NCBI GenBank assembly: GCA_030704615.1 | Contig: CM060731.1 | Span: 56,234,001-56,298,000, forward strand | From: Takakia lepidozioides | Taxonomy: Eukaryota > Plantae > Bryophyta | DNA length: 64,000 nucleotides | Reading direction: 5' to 3' | Shown here: in pieces, positions 13,624-26,231 of the stretch | Layout of the letters: each line of letters starts with the position of its first letter | Numbering within the stretch: the stretch's first letter is position 1 | Made by a program: the position numbers and the translations under genes | Notes under the pieces: generated by a model | The model's database searches: none | Seen by the model: the letters and a program-made list of their open reading frames with translations, nothing else | Told to the model about the DNA's origin: nothing

Positions 13624-14794
13624 ATGGAGCTACCCGTTTGCCTGAGGAGTCATTGGTACTAGGAAAAGCACTAAAGAGTACCACTCTAGTTAAGAAGCAC
13701 TAAAAGAACACCACACTAAGAAGCACACTTAAAAGCAGTACAGTAGAGTAGAGGGCGCATTCCCCTGATCCCAGAGATTAGCTAAAAGGAGGGCACTTAG
13801 GATGGAATAACCCTAGAGCAACTGAAATTAGAGAGGCCAAAAGACAAAGAGGCAAGCACACTTCAACCTTGAGGCTGCACAAACAGAAGGGTCACCACGA
13901 TTAAGGGTCACTAAACTCAAACACTAGCTGCTAATCTTCACTAAACCAGCGGGATTATACACTGACGGGAGACTGCGTTCCATCTATACCGGATGGACTC
14001 TAAACAGTGTCTTCACCCGCCCTATAACGATTTTTTATCCATACCGGATGAGTTACCTGGGTGGACACTAAATTACCTCTAAACTGGGTGAAGAGAGACC
14101 CGATTACGATGGTGGACAACGAGGAGTGAGAAAAAGAGGGGGGAAGGGTGGGGTGGTTTGGACGTGCGATATTAATGCATGACGGCTGAAGCGATAGAGC
14201 ACAAAGGATGACACTGGGGGGGGGGTGTGGCTTAAGATGAGACTATGGAGATGAATGAGGAAGGGCTTGAAATGAGAATGGAGGCGAGGATGAGAGAATG
14301 TTAATGAAACACCATGAAAATCCTATCAAAGAGAAGGTTAGGCCCGGCTTGAAGAGGAGGGGAACGATCGTCCCAGCGACAGGATGGTCTCGTTGCGCTG
14401 CGGCATGGAATCGAGTCGGGGTAGGCGAGAAGACCGTTGCGCGCCTCTCCGCCATCGCTCCTCCTTAATTTCGACCTCTTCAAAACCTCTGTCCTATATT
14501 TCAAATTTAAGAGATCCTTACATTGGCTCTAAGGGATCATTAGAATAAATGTAATAAATATGTTATGTCTTCTTGGTCATGGTTGACTGTTGAGGCCGTA
14601 TGGCACCCTTTGAGATTTAACTCTTCTTCCCCTTCAATAATTCAACTATTAACAATATAGTTATTTGGCTAAACAAAATGTGATTTTTGGCTAAAATATA
14701 TTAGGGTTTAGCCACAAATTGTCGACGTGGCCTTCTGTCTTGCCAAGAAACAAAAACTTGGCACTAGCTGGCATCCTAAAAACTCGAAATTTAA

Positions 14795-15618
14795 CCCTTA
14801 AGTTCCCAAGCGACCTGAATCGGGTCACTTTTGAATTTGCAGTTGGACCAAATTTTTGCAGATCTAATCTGATGGGCCCCACTCCTGAAGCTTTAATGAC
14901 AAGGGATTTGTGGAGTATGATGCATAAAACAAAATTGAAAAAAAAAAAAAAAGCTAGGACCTACAAAAAATATCTTAGATCTCTCATTTACGTTTTGGGC
15001 CTGAAAAGGGCTTGTTGACCGCTGATGTGGCAGGTAAACAAGCCCAAAACAGATTGCACTCCAAAGGCCATTTTTGGCAGAAAATTAGCAATTTCAGAAA
15101 AAGCATTTCACTTTGTGGTGTGTGAGCATTACATACACACATCCACCATTGGCTTTTAAAAAAATTGTAGAAAAAAAAATACTTCATTTGGAGGCACATT
15201 TTCTCTTGTCAATTTTGAGATTTCAACCCCTATGTAATTGCATGCAAAGCAACCATAAGTGAAAAAATCAATTGGACCTGCGATTTAGTGGGGTCATAGC
15301 CACTCCACTGTTGATTTGGAAATGGTGGGTCTTGGGGCAAGCAAAATTGGATAAAGCTAGGTTTTGATTTGGTCAAACCAATTTCTTTCTCACTTTTTCT
15401 TTGGGACCTGATATTTGAGGTCTGGGCCACCGTTATAATCTCACAATTTCCACGGTGGACTTGGCTCATTTTTTGGTATGTCATGCATAAATGAGCCAGG
15501 GCCACTGCTATAAGGCTGGAATCTCTTGATGATTCTTGGTAGGTTTATAGGGGCAATTTACTGCAGCTGGGTACCCAAAATTGGTAAAAAGTCAAAAAAG
15601 GGCTTGGGAACTTAAGGG
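14795..15618. mobile_element. piggyBac-type non-autonomous element, 824 bp
   Basis: TTAA|CCCTTAAGTTCCCAAGC ... GCTTGGGAACTTAAGGG|TTAA: perfect 17-bp TIR, TTAA TSD, CCC/GGG ends. Confidence 0.85.
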
Positions 15619-16797
15619 TTAACACCTTTTGATCCCACACTCCGATAGATGCATCGGTCTTGTTTTTGCAGTGGTGGGGCTCATCAGTAGCCATCCTCCA
15701 TAAAGGAACTTGTCAAAGCGTCGATGCTGTTGGATTTTCGGGGCACGAAGCTCTACCGTGGAGCATGGAGCAGCGCATGAGTTTTCTAAAGATCCTTCAC
15801 AATGGTGGGACAACCGCAATGGCAAGGTGAGGATTTCTCTCTGTACAATGTGAAGAAGTTTGTCGTCCTGCAAATGTGGGCTCTTCCTGTAGTATTTTTA
15901 CGAAGTCAAAAGAAGCGCAGCAGTAATGTTTCTGGCGCTTGCGAAGAGGGGATCACAATCAGGACGATACCCACTCCACTATATTCAAAATAGGTGCTCT
16001 CCTCACCTCTGTGCCGCAACTGGAGCGTAAGTATTTTATTCTGTCTTGCTTTTCAAATACTTCTAAACCATTAGCAGCCTACACTTAGTTCTACGAACTT
16101 CATTTCTGGGCCCACTCGTGAAGGCCCTTAGGTACTCCTTGTGGCCCACTTATTTTCTCCTTGTGTCTATGATTACTCAGCTGCACCGGGGTGGTTCTCA
16201 GGCCAATCCGAGATCTCCTGACTACAGACACAAGGAGCACACACAAGAGGTCCTTTTGGGTTGATGGGTGGCTGAATCCTCCATGGGTGAAAGAAAAGCT
16301 AGCTGCTTTAATGAGGCAAGGTCAAAGACAATTTGGTGAGGGCAACTTCTTTTTCAACACATTTCATCCTGTTTTGCCCTCTTATCAGAATCATCCCTAT
16401 TTTGCAAGTTGAATTCTGCAAGTTAGGTTGTTGGGAGAATCTATGGTGATTTTGACATGTTACTGCCAACGTCGGAACAGGAAAATATCAAAAAACAGAT
16501 AACAGAGACGAGGAGAAGCATTGGACTGAATATTTTTCAGACCCAAGTCAATGGTGGGACAATCAAGGCAAAAAGGTGAATCCCTGTTAGATTACAGAGA
16601 GAAGAAGACAACAAGATGTATCACAAATCTTCCTTGGAAATTGTCCTCTCTCTCCCCAGCACATTTTTAAAGTCTTGGGGGCAGTTCAGCATAGTGTGTG
16701 ATGAGTAGGGCTGGGTGTGGGCTAGATCACCTATGATTCCCTGTGGATTCATAGCTACAACATACGTACATGGGTACATGGTCAACTGGAGGCAGCA

Positions 16798-19431
16798 GTG
16801 GTGGGGACACAATTGATAAAATCAGGCACCTCCACCATGACCACAGCTTCTGAAAGAGGACCAAGAGAGGGAGTCTACACTGCCACTTCTGGCACTTCTG
16901 GGCATGTGAGGACGCTGTGTGAGGCAGGGCAACTGACAGAGGCTATACAGACTTTAAACCAAGGAGGCATTTCAGCAAATTCAGATACTTACGTCTGTCT
17001 CTTGCATAAGTGCATCAAGATGAAAGACCTGGAAGCTGGAAAGCAGGTGCACGCTCACATTATCCAAAGTGGATTCAAGCCAAACGTTTTTCTACACAAC
17101 ACCCTTGTCAACATGTATGTTAAGTGCGGGAGCATAGTGGATGCACATCAAGTGTTCAACAAAATGCCTGAACGACATTTGATCACGTGGAATATAATGA
17201 TGGCAGGATTTACCAAGCATGGGTGTTGTAGGAATGCTTTGGAGACATATGAGCAAATGATTCGGGACGGAGTGACGCCCAACCACATCACATTTGTTTG
17301 TGTTTGCAATGCTTGTGCAGGCCTTGCAGCCCTGGAAAAGGGCAAGGAGGTCCATGGTGACATCGTCACAGCTGGAATTGTACCAGATGTCATTCTGAAT
17401 AATACCCTGGTGGACATGTATGCCAAATGTGGCAGCATCAAAGATGCAAAGGGAGTGTTCAACAATATGGCCAAACGAGATATGGTATCCTGGAATGCGA
17501 TGATCGCAGGATATGCCCAGCATGGGTGTGGGATGGAGGCTTTGAAAACCTATGAGCAAATGATGCAGGAAGGGGTGAAGCCAAACCACATCACATTTGT
17601 CTGCATTTGCAATGCGTGTGCGAGCCTGGCTGTGCTAGAAAAGGGCAAACAGGTTCATGGAGACATCGTCAAAGCTGGAATTGTACCAGATGTCATTCTG
17701 AACACTGCCCTGATGAAAATGTATGCCAAATGTGGGCGCATTGAGGATGCAAAGGGAGTATTTGACAAAATGACCAAACGAGATGTGGTGTCGTGGACCG
17801 CGATGATTGCAGGATATGCCCAGCATGGGTGCGGGAAGGAGGCTTTGGAGACCTATGAGCAAATGAGGCAAGAAGGGGTGAAGCCCAACCATATCACGTT
17901 TGTGTGTGTCTGCAATGCGTGTGCGAGCCTGGCAGCCCTTAAAAAGGGCAAAGAGGTCCATGGTGACATCATCAAAGCTGGAATTATACCAGATGTCATC
18001 CTGAACAATACCCTGGTGGACATGTATGCCAAATGTGGCAGCATCAAGGATGCAAAGGGAGTTTTTGACAATATAGCTGAACGAAATGTGGTGTCCTGGA
18101 ATGCGATGATCACAGGATATGCCCAGCATGGGTGTGGGATGGAGGCTTTGGAGACCTATGAGCAAATGGTGCAGGAAGGCTCGAAGCCCAACCATGTCAC
18201 GTTCATTTGCATTTGCAATGTGTGTGCGAGCCTGGCAGACTTGGAGATGGGCAAAGAAGTCCATGGTGGCATCATCAAAGCTGGAACTGTACCAGATGTC
18301 ATTCTGAACACTACTCTGGTGGACATGTATGCCAAATGCGGGAGCATCGAAGAAGCAAAGGGAGTATTCAACAATATGGCTGAACGAAATGTGGTGTCGT
18401 GGAACGCAATGATGGCAGGATATGCCCAGCATGGGTGCGTGATGGAGGCTTTGGAGACGTATGAGCAAATGATGCAGGAAGGGGTGAAGCCCAACCAGGC
18501 CACGTTCGTTTGTGTTTGCAATGCGTGTGCAAGTCTGGCAGATTTGGAGATGGGCAAAGAAGTCCATGGTGACATCATCAAAGCTGGAATGGTACCAGAT
18601 GTCATTCTGAACACTGCCCTGGTGGACATGTATGCCAAATGCGGGAGCATCGAAGATGCAAAGGGAGTGTTCACGAATATGGCTGACCAAGATGTGGTGT
18701 CCTGGAACACGATGATTGCAGGATACACCCGGCGTGGGTGCGGGATGGAGGCTTTGGAGACGTATGAGCAAATGATGCGGGAAGGGGTGGCGCCAGACCG
18801 GGTCACGTTCATTTGCGTTTGCAATGCATGTGCGAGCCTGGCAGCCCTGGAAAGGGGCAAAGAGGTCCATGGTGACATCATCAAAGCTGGAATTGTACGA
18901 GATGTCATTCTAAACAATTCTCTGGTGGACATGTATGCCAAATGCGGCAGCATCGAAGACGCAGAGGGAGTGTTCAACAATATGGCTGAACGAAATGTGG
19001 TGTCGTGGAACATGTTGATGGCAGGATATGCCCAGCATGGTTATGATATGCAGGCCCTGCAACTTTTGGAGAAAATGCAGGTGGAAGGCTTGAAGCTGAA
19101 CAGTATCACTTTTCTATGTGTTCTCTCTGCCTGTTGCCATGCTGGACTAGTGGATGAAGGCAAATACTACTTTGACTCCTTGAGTCAAGGTTATGGCATC
19201 ACTCCAGCAGTGGAGCACTTTGGCTCCATGGTGAACCTTCTTGGCCGTGCGGGGCGATTGGATGAGGCAGAAGACTTCATGGACAAAATGCCAATCAAAC
19301 CAAATGTTGTGGTGTGGATGGCCTTGCTTGGTGCCTGCAGAATCCACGCCAATGTGGAGATGGCTGAACGTGCGGCAACATCTGTACTCAACTGTTGTGA
19401 ACAGGATGTTGTGGCTTACGTGTTGCTATAA
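16798..19431 (+). CDS. PLS-class pentatricopeptide repeat protein (about 23 PPR motifs plus E1), ending at a premature TAA in E2
   Basis: 877-aa ORF with 101-aa P-L-S triplets followed by P2-L2-S2-E1; first ATG at ~16837; upstream exon(s) are likely (GTAAGT at ~16027). Confidence 0.93.
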   Translation: MVGTQLIKSGTSTMTTASERGPREGVYTATSGTSGHVRTLCEAGQLTEAIQTLNQGGISANSDTYVCLLHKCIKMKDLEAGKQVHAHIIQSGFKPNVFLHNTLVNMYVKCGSIVDAHQVFNKMPERHLITWNIMMAGFTKHGCCRNALETYEQMIRDGVTPNHITFVCVCNACAGLAALEKGKEVHGDIVTAGIVPDVILNNTLVDMYAKCGSIKDAKGVFNNMAKRDMVSWNAMIAGYAQHGCGMEALKTYEQMMQEGVKPNHITFVCICNACASLAVLEKGKQVHGDIVKAGIVPDVILNTALMKMYAKCGRIEDAKGVFDKMTKRDVVSWTAMIAGYAQHGCGKEALETYEQMRQEGVKPNHITFVCVCNACASLAALKKGKEVHGDIIKAGIIPDVILNNTLVDMYAKCGSIKDAKGVFDNIAERNVVSWNAMITGYAQHGCGMEALETYEQMVQEGSKPNHVTFICICNVCASLADLEMGKEVHGGIIKAGTVPDVILNTTLVDMYAKCGSIEEAKGVFNNMAERNVVSWNAMMAGYAQHGCVMEALETYEQMMQEGVKPNQATFVCVCNACASLADLEMGKEVHGDIIKAGMVPDVILNTALVDMYAKCGSIEDAKGVFTNMADQDVVSWNTMIAGYTRRGCGMEALETYEQMMREGVAPDRVTFICVCNACASLAALERGKEVHGDIIKAGIVRDVILNNSLVDMYAKCGSIEDAEGVFNNMAERNVVSWNMLMAGYAQHGYDMQALQLLEKMQVEGLKLNSITFLCVLSACCHAGLVDEGKYYFDSLSQGYGITPAVEHFGSMVNLLGRAGRLDEAEDFMDKMPIKPNVVVWMALLGACRIHANVEMAERAATSVLNCCEQDVVAYVLL

Positions 19432-19870
19432 AATATCTATGCAGTAGCTGGCAGGTGGGACAATAATGCAAAGGCGGGAAAAGCGATGAAGGTTAGAGGG
19501 GTTAGAAAGGAGCCAGGTCGCTGCTGCAATGAGGTTGGCAACAGGGTGCACACCTTTGTTTGTATATGAGAAACTGCTCCAAAATTGAGGAAACCCATGC
19601 CGAGCTGAGAAGATTGTCTGGGCAGATGAAGGAGGCAGGGTATATTCCTGACATGCGCTTTGTATTGCATGATGTGGGGGAGGGCATAAGGAATTTTCTC
19701 TTTGCCACCACAGTGAGAAGCTGGTCAGCACACCCCCTAGGACGCCTGTGTGTCTCGTCAAGAATCACCACACCCACCAAGTTTCATCTCAAATATTGTT
19801 GGCCGAGTTGTACAGAACACTAGCCGCTTTCACCACTTCAAAGATGGGGTTTGGTGGGGATTACTGGTGT
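19432..19870 (+). pseudogene. Decayed E2/PG-box/DYW domain of the same gene
   Basis: NIYAVAGRWD..GVRKEPGRC, GYIPDMRFVLHDV, CHHSEKL, HHFKDG..GDYW, with several deletions and frameshifts. Confidence 0.9.
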
Positions 19871-19934
19871 AACTATGTTTTGCTGGAAAGTTGCGAGAGT
19901 CTTGCTTCATTCATTGATCTGTGTAGCTACTCAG

Positions 19935-20050
19935 TTCATCCATGCTGACATTTTGGAAGCTGGAGTTGCACCCAATATGGTCCTGGAGAATACCCTGGTG
20001 GACATGTATACCAAATGTGGGAGCATAAAGGATGCACGACAAGTATTTGG
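19935..20050 (+). pseudogene. Isolated PPR L/S motif fragment
   Basis: IHADILEAGVAPNMVLENTLVDMYTKCGSIKDARQVF. Confidence 0.8.
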
Positions 20051-20831
20051 GGGGGGGTGGGGCTTTGCCAGTGTGCCCCGCGGGTACAGCCATCATCCCA
20101 GCGATGCAAGGCTCAAACACTTGCATTCAACTTGTTGGGTAAGCATAGTCTTCTCCGGGTGGATTACGATGCGTAATTGGGGCCCGCCACACCTTCCGCC
20201 ATCCCTAGGGAGCGGGGAAGATTTGCATAAGACCTTGGGGATTTTAGAAAATCTTAGAAATTATTTATGCAGGGTAAGTCTTTTCCCATGCGACCTTGAT
20301 CCCGGAAGTCCTTTGGGGAGATGACTTCCCCTATATAATCTCGAGGGTCAAGGGTTGATGAAGCTGTCGCCCAGTATTCTGTTGGCAATGCGATCTTGGG
20401 GCAAAGAGTCAATCATCTTAAAATGCCTGACGGTGAGGATTCCAGACTAACAGAGACCAACAAACCAACGAAGATTGTGGGTTGTGGGGCACATGCAAGA
20501 ATTTTTTCACATCTTCCAAGACAACATCATGCCCATGATGTGAGGATATTAGTTATACATGGTTTATGGATCGGCAACTGTCTCTATCTTGTAATAAAAC
20601 AACTGACCTTGATACACTTCTCATTTCAAGCCTTGCCTTGGACACTACATGTAGTTTTGATTTGTGCACGAGGGGGTGTATGAGGTAGTGTGCTTGCGCA
20701 GAATGGTTATAATTACCTTAGACATCTAATGTTTTTGAGTTTTGCAAGAATACACCTAACCTATAGCTGCAAGGTGATGCGGAAATTTGACCCAAGACTC
20801 TGTCTTCCACCTTCTGGGGAGGCCCTGCGTT

Positions 20832-21010
20832 ATGTGAATTACGAGTACGTGGAAAGTGGATGTGGACGATACAAACACACCTTGCATTTTGCGATGAGTC
20901 CGCCTCTCAACGAAATGCAAGGTGCGTTTGTATCGTCCAGTCCACTTTCCACATACTCGTAATCCACATTACGAGTATGTGGAAAGTGGACGTGGACGAC
21001 ACAAATGCAC
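20832..21010. repeat. Foldback hairpin (~55-bp arms) with a third arm copy
   Basis: attacgagtacgtggaaagtgga..ttgcattt and its reverse complement ending at 20969; the arm repeats at 20968-21010. Confidence 0.85.
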
Positions 21011-21079
21011 GACGGACGAAGGTGAAGCACGAACATGAATTGAGGGTGAGGTGTAGTTTGTCATTCACTGCGAACATCT

Positions 21080-21320
21080 TTGTAGAGGTATTACCCTAAA
21101 ATCTAATCCATGTTTCATACACCCATAGAGATATAGTCTGTCAATCATAACCTATATTGTCACAGAGGTATCACCCTAAAATCTAATCCCTGTTTCACAC
21201 ACCAATAGAGGTATAGTCTATCAGTCACAGCCTACATCGTTACAGAGATATCACCCAAAAGTGGACTCCATGTTTCATACACAAGTAGAGCTATTATCTG
21301 TCATTGTGAGCCTATATCCT
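21080..21320. repeat. About three ~81-bp tandem repeats
   Basis: Recurrent agaggtatcaccctaaaatctaatcc..gtttcatacac..tagag. Confidence 0.75.
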
Positions 21321-21779
21321 TGTACATGGAAGATGGTCGTGCTAGTGGTGGCCACTCCCATTGGATCTTGCTCTTTTAATTTGCATAGCATTTTGGAGAT
21401 TGCAAAATCCTCTCATTTCAGTATGTTACAAAGGGATTTTTGGTTGGGTTGGGGGTTGGGGGTTGGGGCCTTAGGCTGCCCTTGTGAGGGTGGGAAGGTC
21501 ATGACATATGAATATGACACAGGAATCGAAAATGTACCACATGCCAGCAAAACCGGAGTGAGTACAAAAAGCTAGCTGGGCTATTATAGCCCTTGCCGAT
21601 ACGCAATGGGCCTTGGGAGAATGTCGATGGATTTCATGATTAGCTTGTCGTAGTCTAAAGGATATGAATGTCCGTCCAATTTTTAGGAAGCTTTTATAAT
21701 TTTTTGTTTGACTTTAATATAAATGCACTTTCTTGCATTGGTGATGAACATTCCATCTATGGCAATCATTCGTACTTAA

Positions 21780-23220
21780 GTGTTACTAGGGTAGCATGTG
21801 CCGTTGGCCTAAGTGTCATGTGTCATCTATGTCCAAGTGCAATCCCCTATATATCCAAAGACCCCATTGTTTGGGAGATCTAGGGTAGCTTGTGCATGTG
21901 TGAAGAATTGAAAATCTAAGCCCAAGTGCAATCTCCTATGTATCCATGTGAGTCTCCCATGTAGAGGTCCAAGTGCGACCTCCAATGTCCATGTCACCTA
22001 AGTCCAAATGCAATCAAAGCCCACTTTGGTATTTTTGCAATCTCCCTTGTCGAGGCTTCATATATTGATATATCCACTTTGTTGTTTTTCGCGAATTTTC
22101 AGCGACCAAAAACACTTGAAATTCCAAATCTCCCACATGAAGGGTCAATCATGAAAGCCCACTTTGCTATTTTTCCCGAATTTCCAGTGGCCCAAAGTAC
22201 TTGAAATTCGACATCTCCCACACCGCAAGTCCAAAAATCATGAGACCAAGCCGGTGCACCCCTCCTCATCGAGGGCTTTCCAAGGGTACCAAGCACCAGG
22301 GCTAGGGCCCCGCATTTTGGGAGATCTCAACGACGCTACAAAACAAAACCAAACCAATCCAAACCAAACCAACAAACAAGCTAGCTTCCTTCGTATATTG
22401 ACTAGGGTAGCCTGTGCCGTGGGCCCTAGTGTCCAGTGTCATCTAAGCCCAAGTGCAATCTCCTATGTATCCAAGTGCGTCTCCTATGTCGAGGCCCAAC
22501 GGCAACCTCTAGGGTAGAATGTGCCATTGGCCCAAGTGTCCAGTGTAATCTAAGCCCAAGTGCAAGATCTCTTATGTATCGACAACCAGCATGTAGCCCA
22601 GTGGTCTGTGCCCATACCACGTTGAATGTGGTTGTGGGTCAAACCACCGTCTGGTGTGTCATGAAGGTGTCCACCTTCCTGCTGGAAGGCAGTAGCCCTT
22701 CGGGGTCAAGTGACACCATAAGTTACGCTCCCTTTGGGAGGCGTTTTTTCTTTTTTCTTTTTCTTATGTATCTATGTATCCCACTGCGTATCCTATGTCG
22801 AGGCCCAAGTGTGACCTCTAGGGTGGCATGTGCCGTTGGCCCATGTGTGAAGAATGGAAATTAAGACCCAGTGCGTCTCCTATGCGAGGCCCAAGTGCGA
22901 CCTCTAGTGTAGCCTATGTCATTGGCCCATGTGTGAAGAATTGATGTATAATAAGACCAAGTACAATTTTCTATGTATCCAAGGGCGTCTCCCATGTTCA
23001 TCTCCTATGTTGAGGCCCATCTAAGCCCAAGCGCAATCTTCTATGTATCCAAGTGCATCTCCCATGTAGAGGCCTTATTTTCCAGTATCATCTAAAGCCC
23101 AAGTGCAATCTCCTATGTATCCAAGGGCGTCTCCAATGCATCTCATATGTCGAGGCCCATCTAAGCCCAGTGTGCAATCTCCTATGTATCCAAGTACGTC
23201 TCCCATGTCAAGGCCCCATT
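21780..23220. repeat. Degenerate satellite-like repeat
   Basis: Many copies of cccaagtgcaatctcctatgtatccaag and tagggtagcatgtgccgttggccc. Confidence 0.85.
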
Positions 23221-23466
23221 TATTTCTTTCCATGAATTTATTGAGTAGTAATATATCCAATCATAGTATTGATATATCAGTCTCAAATAAATATAAATAT
23301 AACCGCCATTTTTTCTTTCTTTCTTATAAACAGGGGCATTGTCCCTTGAAATTTATTGCAAAAATGGGGAAAAATTTAAAACCCCTGAAAACACCATGAG
23401 GCGCACACACCATAGTCAGTGAAGGGGGGTCCAGGCTTGCACTCAGAAGTGCAGAAATAGTCTTAA

Positions 23467-24765
23467 TCAAAAGTGCTCATAACCCATTAAAGCAAGTCTA
23501 TGATCAGAGGGGGATGAGAGGGGTTGCGGGTTGAACTCCTTGAATTTGGAGGACCAGTTGCAGATTCTCACCCGAGTGTGAGTGAACCGTGGGAAGAGGG
23601 AGGAGGATTTTGATGCCAGGCTCAAGGTAAGAGTATCAGGGTTTATATGAAAGGGGAAGGCGGAGAAGTGGGTATCTGTGACGTGAAGCACCAGGAGGAT
23701 AGTTAGCTGGTTGTTGATGATACCAAGAGTCCAAAAATTGAAAGAAGGGTTATGAGGCCCGGTCTGCAGGAAGGCCACCCAATGTTGTGGGACATAATGG
23801 ATTACTGATTGGAGCCCTGCCTTCACCCTAGAGGCCCCCACCCTTGGCGAAATGGAATCCAGATTCATGAACCCCGTAGTAGTCCATAGATCCTTGAGTT
23901 GGCTGATTCTTTGGCATCCCAAGCCGACCATCTGCTGGCTTGCTTCCTTTTCCTCAGTAGTAGGAGCATTGGTGTTGAGGAACAGGTTTTGTCTCAAGAT
24001 CTCTTCGTAAGATTGAGGCTCTTTTTTTCTTAGAAAAGGTCTGACACCTGACCAGGCTTTCCATATGGAAGTCCAAAGAGAGGACCCCACCAGCTTATGT
24101 TTAAATCCTTGTGTGATCCATCGTGTAGAGGGTTGCCAGCATGAGACTTTGAGAGGGCTAGCCATCATGATGTTTTCTACCACTAGGAACTTCCACCAGC
24201 CACCCTCTGGGCCTAGGAACCTGGGAAGCCACTTGCCCAAGAGGGCAATGATCCGAGTTTCCGGGTCCAAGACCCCAAGACCCCCCATTTTCTTTGGAAT
24301 ACAGATTTGTTTCCAGGAGACCTGTTCATTCTTTGCCCTGAAGTACGTGCTCCCCAGATGAAGTTTCTAAGCATGGCTTTGTATTCTACAATTTGGTTTG
24401 CGGAGGGCCTCCAAGATGCGGCATAAAACCATACTGCAGCCGAGATGATCTGGTTGGCCACCAGTGCTTGTCCGTGATGGATAAGGATTTGGAACCCCAA
24501 AACACCAATTGCCTCTTGACCTTGGAGAGGATTGGAGCGAAGCGCTATTCATCAGAAAGGTCCACTTCGGAGGTATAGCCTAAGAGAGTAGTGGTTTGAC
24601 CAGGGTTGAGCCATACCAGGCCCAAGGCAGCCCCTCAAGTGGGTCCCGGACCCAAGAGAGACTTGGAGGTGTCTCCCACCAACAAGGCACAAGTCTTGAT
24701 CCAGTTAACCTTAAAGCCAAATGCTCCACAGAAAGATGACAGGGTTTGAACAACATTGTCTAGAT
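23467..24765 (-). pseudogene. LINE ORF2, region C-terminal to the RT domain
   Basis: GFKVNWIKT, LVANQIISAAVWFY, PKKMGGLGVLD..ALLGKWL..WWK, SSLWTSIWKAW. Confidence 0.85.
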
Positions 24766-24779
24766 TTTTATTTCCCTTA

Positions 24780-25310
24780 ACCCCCTTATCCGGTTCTCTG
24801 TCCGGTTATTTATTATCTTATAACCTATGGTTATCAATGTAGCCCGGTTATCAGAAACCACATAACCACAGGTTATCAATATCATATTTTTTCGAAATTT
24901 TGCCGGTTCCGGTTATCAATATTGATATCGGGTTGATAACCTGATTTTAGGGCGTCCTTCCATGTGGGAGGAGCCCGGCCCACAAAAAAAGGAGTTCGCC
25001 GGGTGCTAAAAACAAATGGTCGGGTTCCTCGAGCATTTCCAATGTCATGTGGAGCTCGGCGGCCGAGTAATTGTTTTCGACTTTAGCGTGACGTGATAGA
25101 GGGTACTGCAGGTAAGCCTGACTTTAGCACGACGTGGCAGGTAAGTGGAGACTGCATTCAATTCGTGGGGTCGTCCGCTCAGCTCTCTTCCCATTTTATC
25201 TGGCTACGCTACCACAGGAACTCGGCGACCGGGCCCCGCCGCCCCATTCATCCGTTTTCTCCCTTAAACAGTGGGCCGGGCACATGGAAGGCTGCTCTTA
25301 ATACCCTGAA
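24780..25310. mobile_element. Possible DNA-transposon end between two LINE fragments
   Basis: Dense GGTTAT/ATAACC motifs; minus-strand terminus CAGGGTATT at ~25309; no partner TIR found. Confidence 0.35.
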
Positions 25311-25313
25311 AAC

Positions 25314-26230
25314 CTAATAGGCCAGGTTGCGTTTGAGCTTCTGAATTGTGGGGCCTATTCGCTGCTCTTCAGACAAGTTGATACCAAAAGTGTGCCCCAA
25401 TAACGTGGTGGGCTCACCTTCTTTAAGCCACTGAAGCCCTAGATGTTGTCCCCAGGTAGGGTTGGGCCCTATGGCAGATTTTGAGATGTCACCGAGAAGC
25501 ATGGCTTTGGTTTTGGACCAGTTGACTCTAAATCTAGAGACACTGCAGAAATGAGAGAGTGTACTTTCTGCTGCCGATAGGGAAGGATCGTCAGCTTGAA
25601 GTAGTAGAAATGTGTCATCTACAAACATGGAATCCTTAACCTGTTTGTGGTGGTTATTTCTTGGGTTCTGCAGGTTGAGGCCCCTCACTAGAGTGTTATT
25701 GTCCAGCATGTGATCAAGGGTATCAGCTACAAAAAGGAATTCTGCCAAGCTATGAGACTGGATTAGAGACTGCCAGGAGAGGTCTTCTTTAGGGCTTAGG
25801 TGAGTTGCAGAACTCCCCATTCTATCAGATTCCTTTTCTACCATGTTGAAATCACCCGCCACAATCCATTTGCAGATGTTGCTGTGATACGCCATCTGGA
25901 GGTTTATCTTGGCCCAGAGATCCGCTCTGAGAAGAGAATCATTTGGCGCATAAATGTTGATAAAACTTGTGGGCTCAGTGTCATTGGGGAACCTTAGGGA
26001 GCATAATTGTGCTCTCCCTGGTTCCCAGATCTCGTCTTTGATTAGAAGTTGGTGGATGGAAGGGGACAGAAGAATTGCCGTCCCTCCTTCAATAGAGGGT
26101 TTCCAAAGAGCCGAAGCTTTAGGCCATAACTGATTGGTGAGCTCTAGGATTTTCCTATCACAAAGTTTGTGTTCTTGGAGAAAGATGATAGCCTGAGTAG
26201 TGATGAGAGGTGCCAGCCAGGCTGAGAGCC
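25314..26230 (-). pseudogene. Second LINE ORF2 fragment; EN is fused to the RT core through an internal deletion
   Basis: IFLQEHKL..NIYAPN..AGDFN, then directly FLFVADTL..SMFVDDT..FRVNWSKT. Confidence 0.85.
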
Positions 26231-26231
26231 C

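Noticed and set aside
17092-19391. Long antisense ORFs (up to 411 aa) over the PPR gene
   Set aside because: Shadow frames of a repetitive coding sequence
19429-19431. Stop codon rescued by U-to-C editing
   Set aside because: Nuclear gene; paralogs show TCA, so this is a C>A mutation, and the downstream DYW is frameshifted anyway
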